This document shows positions 36,456 through 46,865 of a DNA stretch of 64,000 bases, in pieces. This DNA comes from an uncultured virus (IMG/VR IMGVR_UViG_3300028743_000004) (Duplodnaviria > Heunggongvirae > Uroviricota > Caudoviricetes): the IMG/VR virus record IMGVR_UViG_3300028743_000004. One strand, written 5' to 3'. The position numbers and the translations under genes are program-made. The notes beneath the pieces are model-generated. The model did no database searches. It saw only the letters and a list, made by a program, of their open reading frames with translations, and was not told where the DNA came from. Each line of letters opens with the position of its first letter. Position 1 is the first letter of the stretch.

Positions 36456-37145
36456 CTATTGGGTGAGATCGATATCGAGCCCGCCTTCTGCGCGTCCGTC
36501 AGGACCAGCAGTACGCGGTGCAGCGTTGACCGCATCCGGGAATGGGGGGTTGTCGTAAATGCCAGTGGCATCGAAGACGTTGGTAAGGTCGTTGGTGATG
36601 CTTATGTGCTGCAACGGACCGACGGGTTGAATGGCCGCAATTTCAGCCGCAGGATCAAGCGTGGGCGGCAGGGTCGTATTCACTTCCAGTGGGTAGAAAT
36701 CCTCTGGGCCCTGGTAGAACTCCATACCAATATCCATCACCAGTTCAGCCAGTTCGCTTTCACCTTCGCCGCTATCGCGGATTTCCGATCGAACGAACGG
36801 GTACTGCTGCAGCCGTTTCATCAGCGGCGGGAAGTTTATCAATGCCATCTTGATCTGCTGCTGAATGTCCTCGAGCTGAACCAGCGCAGCCGCCGCACCG
36901 CCGTTCCTTGGAAGATGCTTCACCTCGACCCGCGCGCTGACGCGGATAGTCGCCGTGACGGTGAACTGCGGCGCACTGACATTGCCAAGGGATTCCATGT
37001 CCTCGCCTGGCGAGTGCAGATAGAGAATCGGGTAACTCCCATCCCACGTAGCCCAGGTCCGTGCCAGAAACACGTTGCTGCCGGCCAGGGTCTTACCCAT
37101 CAGGCCTTCGGCCGAAAGCAGTCGCAGATCGGATGTGGTCGTCAT
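36456..37145 (-). CDS. Putative tail completion protein
   Basis: Position between head-tail joining and sheath genes. Confidence 0.65.
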   Translation of the reverse strand: MTTTSDLRLLSAEGLMGKTLAGSNVFLARTWATWDGSYPILYLHSPGEDMESLGNVSAPQFTVTATIRVSARVEVKHLPRNGGAAAALVQLEDIQQQIKMALINFPPLMKRLQQYPFVRSEIRDSGEGESELAELVMDIGMEFYQGPEDFYPLEVNTTLPPTLDPAAEIAAIQPVGPLQHISITNDLTNVFDATGIYDNPPFPDAVNAAPRTAGPDGRAEGGLDIDLTQ

Positions 37146-37483
37146 CACATTTTCCCCAGCATCAATTTCGCCCAACCATGGCTGTCGGGCCGGACTTCCT
37201 TGATTAGGTACATGTTTCCGGTGCTCGGGATGAACACCTGGTCATCGGGAATCGGCGCCACCGGGAAGATGGCGAGCCGAACACCAAGCACAGGGACGAC
37301 GGTGTTTGCGTCGATTAAGGTGTCGACCAGGTGGATGTCGCGGTAGGCCGAATCAAACACGCCATCAATAGGATAAGGCGTGCCGCCGCCCGGGTAGAAC
37401 ATGATCGGCCCACCGGCCTGCACGCCCTCGCCGAATACGGTGGCCAGCGGCCCGAGCACCGCCTTGTCCCAATCGACGGCCAT
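37145..37483 (-). CDS. Head-tail joining protein
   Basis: Follows capsid; PDSHGWAKLML. Confidence 0.72.
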   Translation of the reverse strand: MAVDWDKAVLGPLATVFGEGVQAGGPIMFYPGGGTPYPIDGVFDSAYRDIHLVDTLIDANTVVPVLGVRLAIFPVAPIPDDQVFIPSTGNMYLIKEVRPDSHGWAKLMLGKM

Positions 37484-37485
37484 GG

Positions 37486-38529
37486 TTAAGCCAGCACTGC
37501 CGAGAACAGCACTTCAGGCCGGGTGCAGATGTGCAGCGGGTAGCTGTACGCCTCGACCTTCCACCACATCTTCCGTTGAGTGTCGAAGATCGGCAGGATG
37601 TAGATCGGCTTGCCCGGGGTGTTCACCCATTCGAAGGTTTCGCCCGGTGCATAGGCCACCTTGAAGATACCAGGGGCGCCTTTCGGGAAGAACTTCGCCT
37701 GGTTGGTCGCTACGTGAATGGTCGACGCATCGTCGGAGCCGCGGTAGTTGAACCAGTTGATGCCACCGAAGCGCATCGCCTGAAACGCATTTCCCTGACG
37801 CAACTCCTGAGCTGCTGCCCAGTTGTAGTAAGTCTTGGTCACGTCTGGGTGGTTGGTCAGCTCGTCCCAGAACGCATCACCGGCCAACGCATAGACTTCG
37901 GTGGTCGGTACGAACGCGCCCTGCGATTTGCGCGCCATGTTCCGAACGATGTTGTTGCACAGCGGCCGGATGGTGTTCGGCTTGGTTGCCGAACCGTCCG
38001 CATTGAGGCGCAGGTCGAACACGATGTCGCCAGGCTTCTGGATCCCGAACTCCTGGAACCAGTCAAACTTGACCTCCCCGTCCGCATCCAGGCAAAGACC
38101 CTGGATGGCCGCCAAGCGCTGGAACTCCCAGGTGTATTCAATGTTGCTGGTGAGGCCGGTCGGACCATTGACGCGACGCGCCACCTCGGTCTCGATCTGC
38201 ATCAACTCGCTTTCGCTCCCGAACGAGCGGATGTTCTGGATTTCCTGCGCGGTGATGGTGTCGGAGTGCATCAAGCGCGGAACATCGAAGTAGCGCGCTT
38301 GACGCTTTTCGGTGGGGCGCTGCGTGCCTTCTTCGCCGCGATCCGAGAACGGGATCAGCACCAGCTTGCCTTGGCGCTGCTCAACCGCCAGCGCGGTGGT
38401 GCGAATCGGATCAGGCTCGAACAACTCGAGATCACCGATGCCCGTCGGCTTGAACGGGTATTTTTCAACGGCGGTAGTCAGGGCAATTTCGGAAAAAATG
38501 TCCTGATGGAAAACGTCAAGCGAGGCCAT
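37486..38529 (-). CDS. Major capsid protein (lambda E-like)
   Basis: 347 aa; YSYPLHICTRPEVL end; position in the head operon. Confidence 0.88.
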   Translation of the reverse strand: MASLDVFHQDIFSEIALTTAVEKYPFKPTGIGDLELFEPDPIRTTALAVEQRQGKLVLIPFSDRGEEGTQRPTEKRQARYFDVPRLMHSDTITAQEIQNIRSFGSESELMQIETEVARRVNGPTGLTSNIEYTWEFQRLAAIQGLCLDADGEVKFDWFQEFGIQKPGDIVFDLRLNADGSATKPNTIRPLCNNIVRNMARKSQGAFVPTTEVYALAGDAFWDELTNHPDVTKTYYNWAAAQELRQGNAFQAMRFGGINWFNYRGSDDASTIHVATNQAKFFPKGAPGIFKVAYAPGETFEWVNTPGKPIYILPIFDTQRKMWWKVEAYSYPLHICTRPEVLFSAVLA

Positions 38530-38587
38530 AGGTGGGGCTCCTGAAAACAAAAAACCCGCCGAAGCGGGTTATTTTTAAGTGGTGGAG

Positions 38588-39232
38588 TTATCGAGCGAGA
38601 ATGCCGACAGCCTTGAGGGCGGCCAGGGCCGTGTCTTGTTGGTGGACATTCACGCTGGCATCCCAGACGAGTTCCGACCGGTTTACCTCGGCGCTACGCA
38701 TCACGGCCGCCGAAGTCGCTGGCCGCACAGATGCGTCGGTGAAATCGCGCAAGATCGCGTAAGCCAACGGGGTCCCAGTCGTGGACGTCAGAGGCGCCCA
38801 GCCGCCACCAGTCCATGCGACGGTGACACTGAACGAATCATTTGCCGCGAAAGGTGTGGCACCCGCGGTAATGGTGAACTCGAGGCCGGCGCCACCAAAG
38901 GCAACACCGGGCTGACCAGCACCGACCACTACCTCGTATGGGTTGGCCACGGTGAAGTCGGTAGCATCGGTGAAGACAACGCTGTACGCGCCGGCCAAGG
39001 CCGGTGGCTGCGCGGTAATCGAACCGATAGTGCCATTGCCGGTATTCGTACCGGTCGCCGGGGTTGCGGTGTAGGTCAGCGCCACATCGGCGATGATCAA
39101 GCCAGGAGTCAAGTGGCCAAGGCCTGCTGCGAACTGGACCTGGTCAATCGACTGGTGACCGTTGGCCAGAGATACGATGAAGCCGGCATTGTGGTACTGC
39201 TCGACCAAGGGGGTTTGCGGAACGTAAGTCAT
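38588..39232 (-). CDS. Head decoration protein
   Basis: Lambda-D-like position; AEVNRSELVW...LKAVGI with an internal insertion domain. Confidence 0.75.
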   Translation of the reverse strand: MTYVPQTPLVEQYHNAGFIVSLANGHQSIDQVQFAAGLGHLTPGLIIADVALTYTATPATGTNTGNGTIGSITAQPPALAGAYSVVFTDATDFTVANPYEVVVGAGQPGVAFGGAGLEFTITAGATPFAANDSFSVTVAWTGGGWAPLTSTTGTPLAYAILRDFTDASVRPATSAAVMRSAEVNRSELVWDASVNVHQQDTALAALKAVGILAR

Positions 39233-39250
39233 GTTCAGGATCCTCTGTGA

Positions 39251-39910
39251 TTATTTTCCGCGAACCTTGGACATGGCGCGGTCCCAGCGGCCAGCGATTG
39301 CTACTGCGCGCGATGGAGATTCAGTTCCGGCAGAACCAAGTGCTGGATTTTTCCCGGATCGAGCGCTGTTGGTGTTGCCTTCGGCGGGCGTATCACGCAA
39401 GACGTTGATCGCCTGTGTACGCGACATAGAAGTGTTGAAAGCCAGGTTCGCGGCCAAGACAGGGTTCCGGGCTGCGTAGCGAGAACCAAAGATTTCAGCA
39501 CAACGAGCGCGCTCGCGACGGCGGGCAGCGGCAGTAGCGCTTTTGCCGTGCATTTCCTCATCGCCATCATCCTCAGCATCAGCGTCGTCATCCTCAGCCT
39601 TGGCACGCTTGGATTTTTTGCCCTTGTCCTTTTGTTCGTCTTCGTCATCGTCATCGCCCTCGTCGTCATCCTGATCGTCGTCGGCTTCTTCGTCTTCGTC
39701 GGCATCCTCGCCAGCTTTTGCGCGCTTAGCCTTGCGGGACTTTTCATCCTTGTCTTTTTCGTCGCCCTCATCGTCCTTGTCGTCTTCGGCGCGGTTGCCT
39801 TTTTTGTCATTGTCATCATCTTCGACGCTGGCTTTTTTGCCTTTCATCGAGCCGATGCCGGCCAAATGGGCGAACGAAAGCGCGCTCGCCACGCGGGAAA
39901 GTCTGGACAT
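39251..39910 (-). CDS. Acidic scaffold-like protein
   Basis: D/E/K-rich low-complexity region, RERARC motif; follows the protease. Confidence 0.7.
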   Translation of the reverse strand: MSRLSRVASALSFAHLAGIGSMKGKKASVEDDDNDKKGNRAEDDKDDEGDEKDKDEKSRKAKRAKAGEDADEDEEADDDQDDDEGDDDDEDEQKDKGKKSKRAKAEDDDADAEDDGDEEMHGKSATAAARRRERARCAEIFGSRYAARNPVLAANLAFNTSMSRTQAINVLRDTPAEGNTNSARSGKNPALGSAGTESPSRAVAIAGRWDRAMSKVRGK

Positions 39911-39942
39911 GTAAACCTCGGTTTTAAGAGAAGTGGAAGGCT

Positions 39943-40806
39943 TCAACCCAGCTCGGCGAGCAGGGAACGGAACGCTTCGTCAGGCGCCATCACGGCGTCA
40001 GCGAAGCCAATCTCGACGCCGGCGGCGCCAAGGAAAGTAGTGGCCTGGGTATCTCGCACGGTCTTCACCGACAGCCCGCGGTTGCGCGCGACGGTTTTTA
40101 CGAACAGTTCGCCCATGGCATCGACATCGGATTGGTACCGAGACATCGCCTCTTTGGATAACGGCTGAGAATCTGAACCGTCAGCCTTGCGATCGCCGTA
40201 GTGGATCAGCGTAACGTTGACCCCAGCGGCACCCAACGCTTTGGACATGTCGACGTGCATGCAGATCACGCCAACGCTGCCCGTGCCGCCGGTGCGCGGG
40301 ACCAAAATTCGGTCGCACGCGCTGGCCAGCGCGTAAGCCGCTGAATAGGCTGACTCGGTGAGAATCGCCCAGATTGGCTTGGAGCCGCGCATACGATAGA
40401 TATCATCGGCCAGGTCAAAGCAGCCAGCGACCTCGCCGCCCGGGCTGTCGATGTCGAGCGCAATGCCCCGAACATCCTCGTCGGCCATGGCCATGCTTAA
40501 GCACGCCCGCAAGCCGTCGTAGCCAGTCATCCCGCTGTATGGCTTGAGCGTGCCGAGTTTCTGCACCAAAGTGCCCGTCACCGGAATGACTGCGATGCCC
40601 GCGACTACCTCGTAAGCCCGAGTTTGTGCCGGCTCACCGATATCGCCGTCCCAATCATCAAATGCCACGACCCGGCCATCAGCGTGAAATAAACGCGCCA
40701 GGCCGAAGCGGTCGGCCAAGGCCGCCATGACGATTTCAGCTTTTTGCGGGGTGATAGCGAGAGGCACGTTGAACAGCTTCTGCGCGAGGTGCGGGTAGTT
40801 TGTCAT
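39943..40806 (-). CDS. S49 head maturation protease
   Basis: DIDSPGGE, SAAYALASA, GSVGV. Confidence 0.92.
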   Translation of the reverse strand: MTNYPHLAQKLFNVPLAITPQKAEIVMAALADRFGLARLFHADGRVVAFDDWDGDIGEPAQTRAYEVVAGIAVIPVTGTLVQKLGTLKPYSGMTGYDGLRACLSMAMADEDVRGIALDIDSPGGEVAGCFDLADDIYRMRGSKPIWAILTESAYSAAYALASACDRILVPRTGGTGSVGVICMHVDMSKALGAAGVNVTLIHYGDRKADGSDSQPLSKEAMSRYQSDVDAMGELFVKTVARNRGLSVKTVRDTQATTFLGAAGVEIGFADAVMAPDEAFRSLLAELG

Positions 40807-42461
40807 TGAGGTTCCTGGCCTTTCTCGGGCGTAGAGGCGTTCATTGCGTCATTACCAAACCAGCTTGGTGGTGGCAGGCCCGCCTCCCGGAATTGCGCAA
40901 CTTCAACCGCGCGCTGCTGGATGACCTCTTCGTAGTCGAGGCCCTGTTCTGCGCACTCACGTTTGAGTGTGGACAAGCCGCCATCCATACCGAGAATTGC
41001 ACCCTGCTTCTCTTTAACCGGATCCACCCAGCCCCGAGCGACACCAAGCCAGTCACAGCGGGAGTAAGCGGTGCGAGCCTCCATAAAATCAGGGGCACCG
41101 TTAGGCAGTGGCAAATCGTTGCGATCCATCGCTTCATGCAGCCAACTGGCAAACATGGGTGTAGCCGTGCCGATCTTGAACTCGGTGTTGCGCCGAGTGA
41201 GCGTCTTCCAGCTTTCCAACAGGGCGGCGCGTGCGCTGGAGTAGTTGGTTTTGGACCAGTCCTGCGTGATCTGCTCGGCAGATATGCCGGCCGCAGCGGC
41301 AAAGGTTCGCGACATCTCGCTCGCAAACTCGCCAAAGCCATTGTGCGGATGCGCAGCGCCGACAGAAGTGATCGACTCACCCGGTGCAAGTGTTGGGATT
41401 CGTGCGCCAGAGAGCATCGCCGGGCGCTCTTCGTGCCAGTCGGCCCGCATTCCCTGATAGGCAGAAAGCTCATCGGTATTATCCAGAGCTTCAGCCACCT
41501 GCGCAGGATCGTAAGGACTGGTGACGTAGGTGCCGAAAGTCGCGGCAATAGTTGCAGCTTGAAGTTCGACGCCGTAGTACCGCGCCAACATCTTGAATCG
41601 AGCCAGGACCGGGGTGAACACGCCGACGCCACGGTTTTGTCCAGCACGATCATGCTCAAAGTCGTGAATGACACGGTTCCAGCCGTCCTCGTCCTCGCGC
41701 GCCACCCGCTCCCAGTCCATGCTTTCGACCGAGTTGTACCAGTCGTTTTGGTGGGCCTTGCGGATGTGATAGGCGATCGGCACGCCGTGCTCGTCGATTT
41801 CGACCCCACCGCGCATGTATTTGCTGTCGACCATCTGGAACGGATTGGAGAGGCGGTCCGGATCGACCACCATGAAGGCCGTGGCGTAATCCGCCCTGCC
41901 ATAGCCAACGCGCTCTGGCATCCAGTAGTTGACCACCAGCGAATCGCCGTCGATGAGCTTGTGCCGAAGCGCCAGGCGCATCTGTTGAGAGACGGTCAAC
42001 TGCCGTGAGACATCGCCATAACGGCCAATGTCATCGGCGTACCCACGCCACAGCGCCTCTACCGTGCGCCGATACTCTTCCGCCCATACTGAATCAAACT
42101 TACGATTTCCAGTTCGTGCGGCCAACGCCCGATAATCAGGATTGGCCGACAGGCGCAGCGATGCGCCCACGGTGTTGTCGAGTATCCGTGTGATGCCGCC
42201 TGCGGCCAGGCCATCGTTGCGCACTAGGTCGCGGTGGCGAGCCACCATTCGGTCACGAAACTGGTTGATCTCAGCGTCGGGGGATCTGATCCACGGTAGC
42301 CAGTTGCCCATTTCCTGAGTGGCCCAACTGGCCGCCTCGTAGGGGAACACCGACTGGCCCGCCATACCCTCGGTCAACGTTGTGGCATTGCCCGTTGCCT
42401 TGGGAGGCATAGGGGTGAGTGGCTGACCGCGAGAGTCGACTATTACCGATTCAATGGTCAT
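40803..42461 (-). CDS. Lambda-family portal protein
   Basis: RDLVRND, GQNRGV, NYSSARA, VDPVKE. Confidence 0.93.
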   Translation of the reverse strand: MTIESVIVDSRGQPLTPMPPKATGNATTLTEGMAGQSVFPYEAASWATQEMGNWLPWIRSPDAEINQFRDRMVARHRDLVRNDGLAAGGITRILDNTVGASLRLSANPDYRALAARTGNRKFDSVWAEEYRRTVEALWRGYADDIGRYGDVSRQLTVSQQMRLALRHKLIDGDSLVVNYWMPERVGYGRADYATAFMVVDPDRLSNPFQMVDSKYMRGGVEIDEHGVPIAYHIRKAHQNDWYNSVESMDWERVAREDEDGWNRVIHDFEHDRAGQNRGVGVFTPVLARFKMLARYYGVELQAATIAATFGTYVTSPYDPAQVAEALDNTDELSAYQGMRADWHEERPAMLSGARIPTLAPGESITSVGAAHPHNGFGEFASEMSRTFAAAAGISAEQITQDWSKTNYSSARAALLESWKTLTRRNTEFKIGTATPMFASWLHEAMDRNDLPLPNGAPDFMEARTAYSRCDWLGVARGWVDPVKEKQGAILGMDGGLSTLKRECAEQGLDYEEVIQQRAVEVAQFREAGLPPPSWFGNDAMNASTPEKGQEPQ

Positions 42462-42715
42462 CAGAACACCGGCCGGATCGCACGGCGCCGACGCATGCCG
42501 AGGGCATATTGCAGCGCGAGAATGTGAGCTTGGAGCGCGCCAATATCAGCACGGGTATAGGTCACCGATTTGGAGCCATCCCCTTGCGCGTAACTGAATG
42601 ACTCGCCCTTAGCGCCCGTACTCAGGTCATGCAAAGCCTGCTGAGATTCAGTCAGCCATTGCATCAAGGTGGCCGGTGGAACGCCGCTGAGGTTGTTGAG
42701 GCGTGGTGTGAACAT
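42461..42715 (-). CDS. gpW-like head completion protein
   Basis: SVTYTRADIGALQAHI...RRRAI. Confidence 0.8.
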   Translation of the reverse strand: MFTPRLNNLSGVPPATLMQWLTESQQALHDLSTGAKGESFSYAQGDGSKSVTYTRADIGALQAHILALQYALGMRRRRAIRPVF

Positions 42716-42725
42716 TGAAACTCTC

Positions 42726-44696
42726 CTACGCCATGCGTGAGATCGACGACTTTCGGGACGATGATTTTTCAGGGGCAGCACGTTGCACCACCGCTTCGAG
42801 AACTTGCGGCACCTGCTCGGGCGGTTGTTGAAGCGGCAATCCAATCAAGGCGTTCACCTCGTCGGCGCGCTTATTCAGCTTGAGTCCGAGGTGCAACAAG
42901 CCACAGAGCGCGGCATAGGCGTACACGCGGCAGTCGAGCGCTTCGTTCGCGCGCCCCGGCGGCAATTCCCAAACCCGGTAATGCTGCCCCCCGGAGGTTT
43001 TTCGGACAGAACGCTCCGATGTCAGTTGCGCGAAATAGTTGATGTCGCGGTCGACCGGGAAGTGCATGTAGCCCGCGCCTTTCTCGACCAGGTGAAGCCG
43101 CGAACGAACCGAGTCTTTGGCAGCGTTGACGCCGATGATCACGGGACGAAAAGACGATTTGTTCCGCTTGCTCGGTGTTTTGGTCGGCCACACTGGAGAA
43201 CGCTTACCGCCGACTGCAGATTCACCCTTGATGGCCCAGACGCGGCGACCAATGCGAGCCTTGGCAAAGTCGTAAACCTTCTGTGTGTGGTGACCGCCAG
43301 AGTCGTGACAAACCGCCATAACTTCAAAGCCACGGCCGTCTGCGCGGTACCAGATACGTTTCAGATAGGCGTCGAGCCGGCTCCAGATATCTGGTGTTTC
43401 CATATCGCCGGAAATAATTTCGAAGTCGATCGACCAGCTTTCTTCGTTCATCCCCCAGCCGACGACCTCGCATTCAAAGCGATCGCCTTGGGTATCGACA
43501 CCTACCGTCACAACAGCAACGCCGTCAGGGACCTCGGCACCCCATACTTCGCAGCGCGCGGCCAGCTTGTCTTCCTGTAGAGCACGATCGCCGCGGTCTT
43601 CGTAGGTTTCGCCCAGCACCAGGTTGACGAAGGTCTGCCGCATCAGCGGATCGTCTTTGACCTCCAGCCACTCCGCTACCAGCTTGTGCCAGGCAGCGTT
43701 GACGAAAAGACTATAGCCAGCCCAGATGTGAAAGCCGGCATGGCCTGTAAATGGCTTAGTCGCCCGCCACTCGCCCCGCTCGACCATTTCGTCTTTATCA
43801 ATTTCATGGATAACGCAGCCGGTGGCCTTGCAGACGTAGAACACGCTTTCGGGAATTCCGACGCCGCTCTCGTCCTTATCCCATTTCATGCCGTAGGGAG
43901 TGTCTGGGCCACCCCACTCCAGCACCTGGTATTCGCCACAGTGCGGGCACGGGACAAAGTATTTGCGCTGGTCGCTGTTCGCGTAGCTCTTTTCAATCCG
44001 GCTTTCGCCCTTCACCGTGGGCGTGCTGCCCATGATGATTTTCCGGTTCCAGAAGCTTTCAGTCCGCTTGATGCCCAGCTTGATCTGGTCACCTTCCTTG
44101 CCCGCGCCCATTACGGGATAGCCGTCGACCTCATCGAACATCACCACGCGTGCGGTGATACGCCGAAAGCCGCCAGGGCTGTTCGCGCCAACGAATGCCA
44201 TCGAAGCGCCGTTGCGGAACATCCGCTTGTTGATCTTTTGCTTGGAGTCCTTCTTCTTGAGGTCCCCAACGATCTCCTTCAGCACCGGAGTATCACGGAG
44301 CATCGGCTCGATTTCAGTGACGCTGTAGTCTTCCGCATCCTCTACCCGGGGCTGAACAACAAGAACGGGGGCCGGGTCCTGGTGAATAAAGAACCCTGCA
44401 GCATGGTCCATGATCTTGGTGTAACCAACCCGCGCCGACTTTTGCACCGTGACCATTTCGACCGTGGGGTCTGTGATCGCGTCCATGATCCCGTTCTGGT
44501 ATGGGAACGCATGAAATCTGCCTGTCTGGGCGCTTGTTTCACCGGATAGCCTTGCGTGCTCGGCCGCCCACTGGCTGAGTGTCAGCTTCGGTGGCGGCTG
44601 TATGTTGCGGCGGCGGGCTTTAAGCAGCCCCGTTTTCAGGGCGGCATGACCCTCCGCGTAGCGACGCGCTTCATCGGCTGATCCCTTCTCCGTCAC
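42726..44696 (-). CDS. Terminase large subunit (GpA family)
   Basis: KSARVGYT, FDEVD, STPT, VPCPHCG, NEALDC. Confidence 0.95.
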   Translation of the reverse strand: MTEKGSADEARRYAEGHAALKTGLLKARRRNIQPPPKLTLSQWAAEHARLSGETSAQTGRFHAFPYQNGIMDAITDPTVEMVTVQKSARVGYTKIMDHAAGFFIHQDPAPVLVVQPRVEDAEDYSVTEIEPMLRDTPVLKEIVGDLKKKDSKQKINKRMFRNGASMAFVGANSPGGFRRITARVVMFDEVDGYPVMGAGKEGDQIKLGIKRTESFWNRKIIMGSTPTVKGESRIEKSYANSDQRKYFVPCPHCGEYQVLEWGGPDTPYGMKWDKDESGVGIPESVFYVCKATGCVIHEIDKDEMVERGEWRATKPFTGHAGFHIWAGYSLFVNAAWHKLVAEWLEVKDDPLMRQTFVNLVLGETYEDRGDRALQEDKLAARCEVWGAEVPDGVAVVTVGVDTQGDRFECEVVGWGMNEESWSIDFEIISGDMETPDIWSRLDAYLKRIWYRADGRGFEVMAVCHDSGGHHTQKVYDFAKARIGRRVWAIKGESAVGGKRSPVWPTKTPSKRNKSSFRPVIIGVNAAKDSVRSRLHLVEKGAGYMHFPVDRDINYFAQLTSERSVRKTSGGQHYRVWELPPGRANEALDCRVYAYAALCGLLHLGLKLNKRADEVNALIGLPLQQPPEQVPQVLEAVVQRAAPEKSSSRKSSISRMA

Positions 44697-45249
44697 GGGT
44701 CAACTCCTCGAGCGCTTCAACGATAAGTCCATACATAGCGTCCTGGACCTCCAGCACTGTCTTCAGACGATGAATCCGAGGGGCATTCTCCGATGGGATG
44801 GCCAGCAGCAAAGTTCGGACTTTCGCGTATTCTTCGCCGACGGCGCGGGTCACGTCCTCGACAGCAACAACCAGGCGCGATTCACGGTCGTATTCGAGCT
44901 GCTCGCGCAGGGCCAGGTAGTTCTCCTTGACCCGCTTCGCCTCATCGACATTCATGTTGGCGCCGGTCGCGATCAGGATCCGAGTGGTGGCCTGCTCGAT
45001 CGTTTCGCCCGCCTTGATTGTTACCCTGGAGGAAGCGCGGGTAACGGCCTTGGCCGGGGCTGCCGAGCTGTTACCCAAATCCTCTTGGGTAACAACATCG
45101 CTGCCGTCTCGCCGGTATTTTGCGATCAGCACATTTGAAGCGTCGACATCGAGAGAGCTTCCCTCAAACACAAGCCAGCCGCGCTCCTTCCACTTGGTGA
45201 CCGTCTTTCGACTGACGCCGTGGAGTGCTGCAAATTCACTCTGGTTCAT
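44671..45249 (-). CDS. Terminase small subunit (Nu1-like)
   Basis: N-terminal wHTH NQSEFAALHGVSRKTVTKW; upstream of terL. Confidence 0.88.
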   Translation of the reverse strand: MNQSEFAALHGVSRKTVTKWKERGWLVFEGSSLDVDASNVLIAKYRRDGSDVVTQEDLGNSSAAPAKAVTRASSRVTIKAGETIEQATTRILIATGANMNVDEAKRVKENYLALREQLEYDRESRLVVAVEDVTRAVGEEYAKVRTLLLAIPSENAPRIHRLKTVLEVQDAMYGLIVEALEELTRDGEGISR

Positions 45250-45457
45250 GGGTCGCCTTGTTACCTGTTACCCAAATTGAAAAATTTCGCAGCTAGAGAA
45301 ACAGAAAACTGCGCAATGCCCTCGATGCCAGAAGGGCGGGGAGGGACCCGTTGAGGGGGGGGGTACCCCACCTGCGATGGTCACCCTGCCCTCGTCCCTC
45401 CCGTCCGCGCGACACGCTGGCTCGTCGAACGCAAGCATCGAGGATGCCGCCATCGCC

Positions 45458-46123
45458 CTACCTCGCCGTTGCCAGCGCCCTGTCTATAGCTTCACCAAAC
45501 ACGGCTCTGAATCGACGGTCAACGATGGCCTGAGCGCGGCTTCGATAGTTCAGCCGTTTGTTCACAGCCAACGCATCGCCGAATCGAATCAACAGCTTCA
45601 AATGCCCAGGCTGCGCGGCTGTTGCTGCCCGACCGCGGCGCGCCTTTTGTCCATCCTTCGGCGGTATTCGTTGCCACACGCCATTGATGGTTCCCGACTT
45701 CGCTTTGACCGGGCCGATAAAGATGTCCTTTCGCGCACGCAATTTCTCCAGCACGTTTCGTGGCAGTTGCCCAAAGCTGTCGAGCTTGATGTCCTTCGGG
45801 TTCAGCAGCTTCTTGCCAGGCAGGACGTGCACACCGCCATCCTCATATGGCTGCAAGTATTTCGCGGCGATGGGTTTGACGAAGACTGTTGCGGTCAAGG
45901 TGTCTTTGCGAGCACCCCGCATGCCGACTGAGCGCTGGGTAAAAAGCCGAGGTTTCTTGAATGTCGTCGCGATGTTTCTTGTCTCTTCCGCCTGGACTTC
46001 CTTTGCTATCGCGGTGAGTGCCAGCGCCGTGGCAAATCCGATCTGCTTGTTGGCCAAAGCAGAGAGCTTTTTGCTCAGCTCTTTGACATTGGCGCGAACA
46101 GAGATATCGATCGGGCTGGCCAT
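45458..46123 (-). CDS. Conserved phage late protein
   Basis: Homolog of 87-716. Confidence 0.75.
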   Translation of the reverse strand: MASPIDISVRANVKELSKKLSALANKQIGFATALALTAIAKEVQAEETRNIATTFKKPRLFTQRSVGMRGARKDTLTATVFVKPIAAKYLQPYEDGGVHVLPGKKLLNPKDIKLDSFGQLPRNVLEKLRARKDIFIGPVKAKSGTINGVWQRIPPKDGQKARRGRAATAAQPGHLKLLIRFGDALAVNKRLNYRSRAQAIVDRRFRAVFGEAIDRALATAR

Positions 46124-46127
46124 GCCG

Positions 46128-46361
46128 TTACTCCTGAGGGGCTGAAATCTTGTTCAATTCTTCGAATGCCACTTTGACTGCCTCGCCGCAGATTTTGGCC
46201 TGCTCAATAACTTGGCTCCCAATCAGCCGACTATCGCCACACCGAAGCAGTAACAGCTCAGCCAGCGCAGTTTGTTCGGCGGTGGGCGTGAAAGACATCG
46301 CCTCACCAACCATCAATTCCATCTCTTCAGCTGGTTTCTTCACGCTATTAGGATTCGCCAT
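46128..46361 (-). CDS. Hypothetical protein
   Basis: 77 aa, coupled in the late operon. Confidence 0.6.
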   Translation of the reverse strand: MANPNSVKKPAEEMELMVGEAMSFTPTAEQTALAELLLLRCGDSRLIGSQVIEQAKICGEAVKVAFEELNKISAPQE

Positions 46362-46654
46362 TACAGTGCCTTCTTCGCAAGCGCTACAGCCTCATCCCAG
46401 AACACTGGGAGCTCATGGCCGAGGGCGGATAGGATGGTTTCGAGCTTGGCGATCAGGTCGGGCGCTGGGGCGGCGACGGGCGCAGGTGCGCTTACCTGGG
46501 CAACAGGCGCTGCAGCCTCAGGGACCACAACGACCGGCGCCGACGACGCAATGGCGACTTGTACTTCAACTGGCAATTCGGACATGACTGGAGCCTCTAC
46601 GAAGAGTTTCGCAATCCATGCGACGATTGATTTCAGGAAGTCAGGGGTTTTCAT
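46361..46654 (-). CDS. Hypothetical late protein
   Basis: Homolog of 743-1075. Confidence 0.68.
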   Translation of the reverse strand: MKTPDFLKSIVAWIAKLFVEAPVMSELPVEVQVAIASSAPVVVVPEAAAPVAQVSAPAPVAAPAPDLIAKLETILSALGHELPVFWDEAVALAKKAL

Positions 46655-46865
46655 TCTTGTCACCGTCAGGCTGGGGCTGTGACAGCACACGGACAACAGC
46701 AACGCCGACCCCGAGAGCCATATTGATGGCGGCGTAGATCAGCGGGTTGACTGCGCCCTGGAATACCGTCCAGCCGATAGCGCCTGCGTTCAGCACTGCG
46801 CCGGCCAGGGCCAGGCGAACCGACCAGAGCTTGTGGCAAGCGGCGACATTCTCGATCAGCTTCAT
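46641..46865 (-). CDS. Small membrane protein, holin-like
   Basis: KLWSVRL; two TMs. Confidence 0.65.
   Translation of the reverse strand: MKLIENVAACHKLWSVRLALAGAVLNAGAIGWTVFQGAVNPLIYAAINMALGVGVAVVRVLSQPQPDGDKNENP

Noticed and set aside
39560..39830. GAC/GAT-rich low-complexity repeat
   Set aside because: Explained by the acidic linker of the scaffold-like protein
34502..44549. Long plus-strand ORFs (e.g. 34502-35446, 37531-38544, 40800-42008, 43686-44549)
   Set aside because: Antisense shadows of well-supported structural genes in GC-rich DNA
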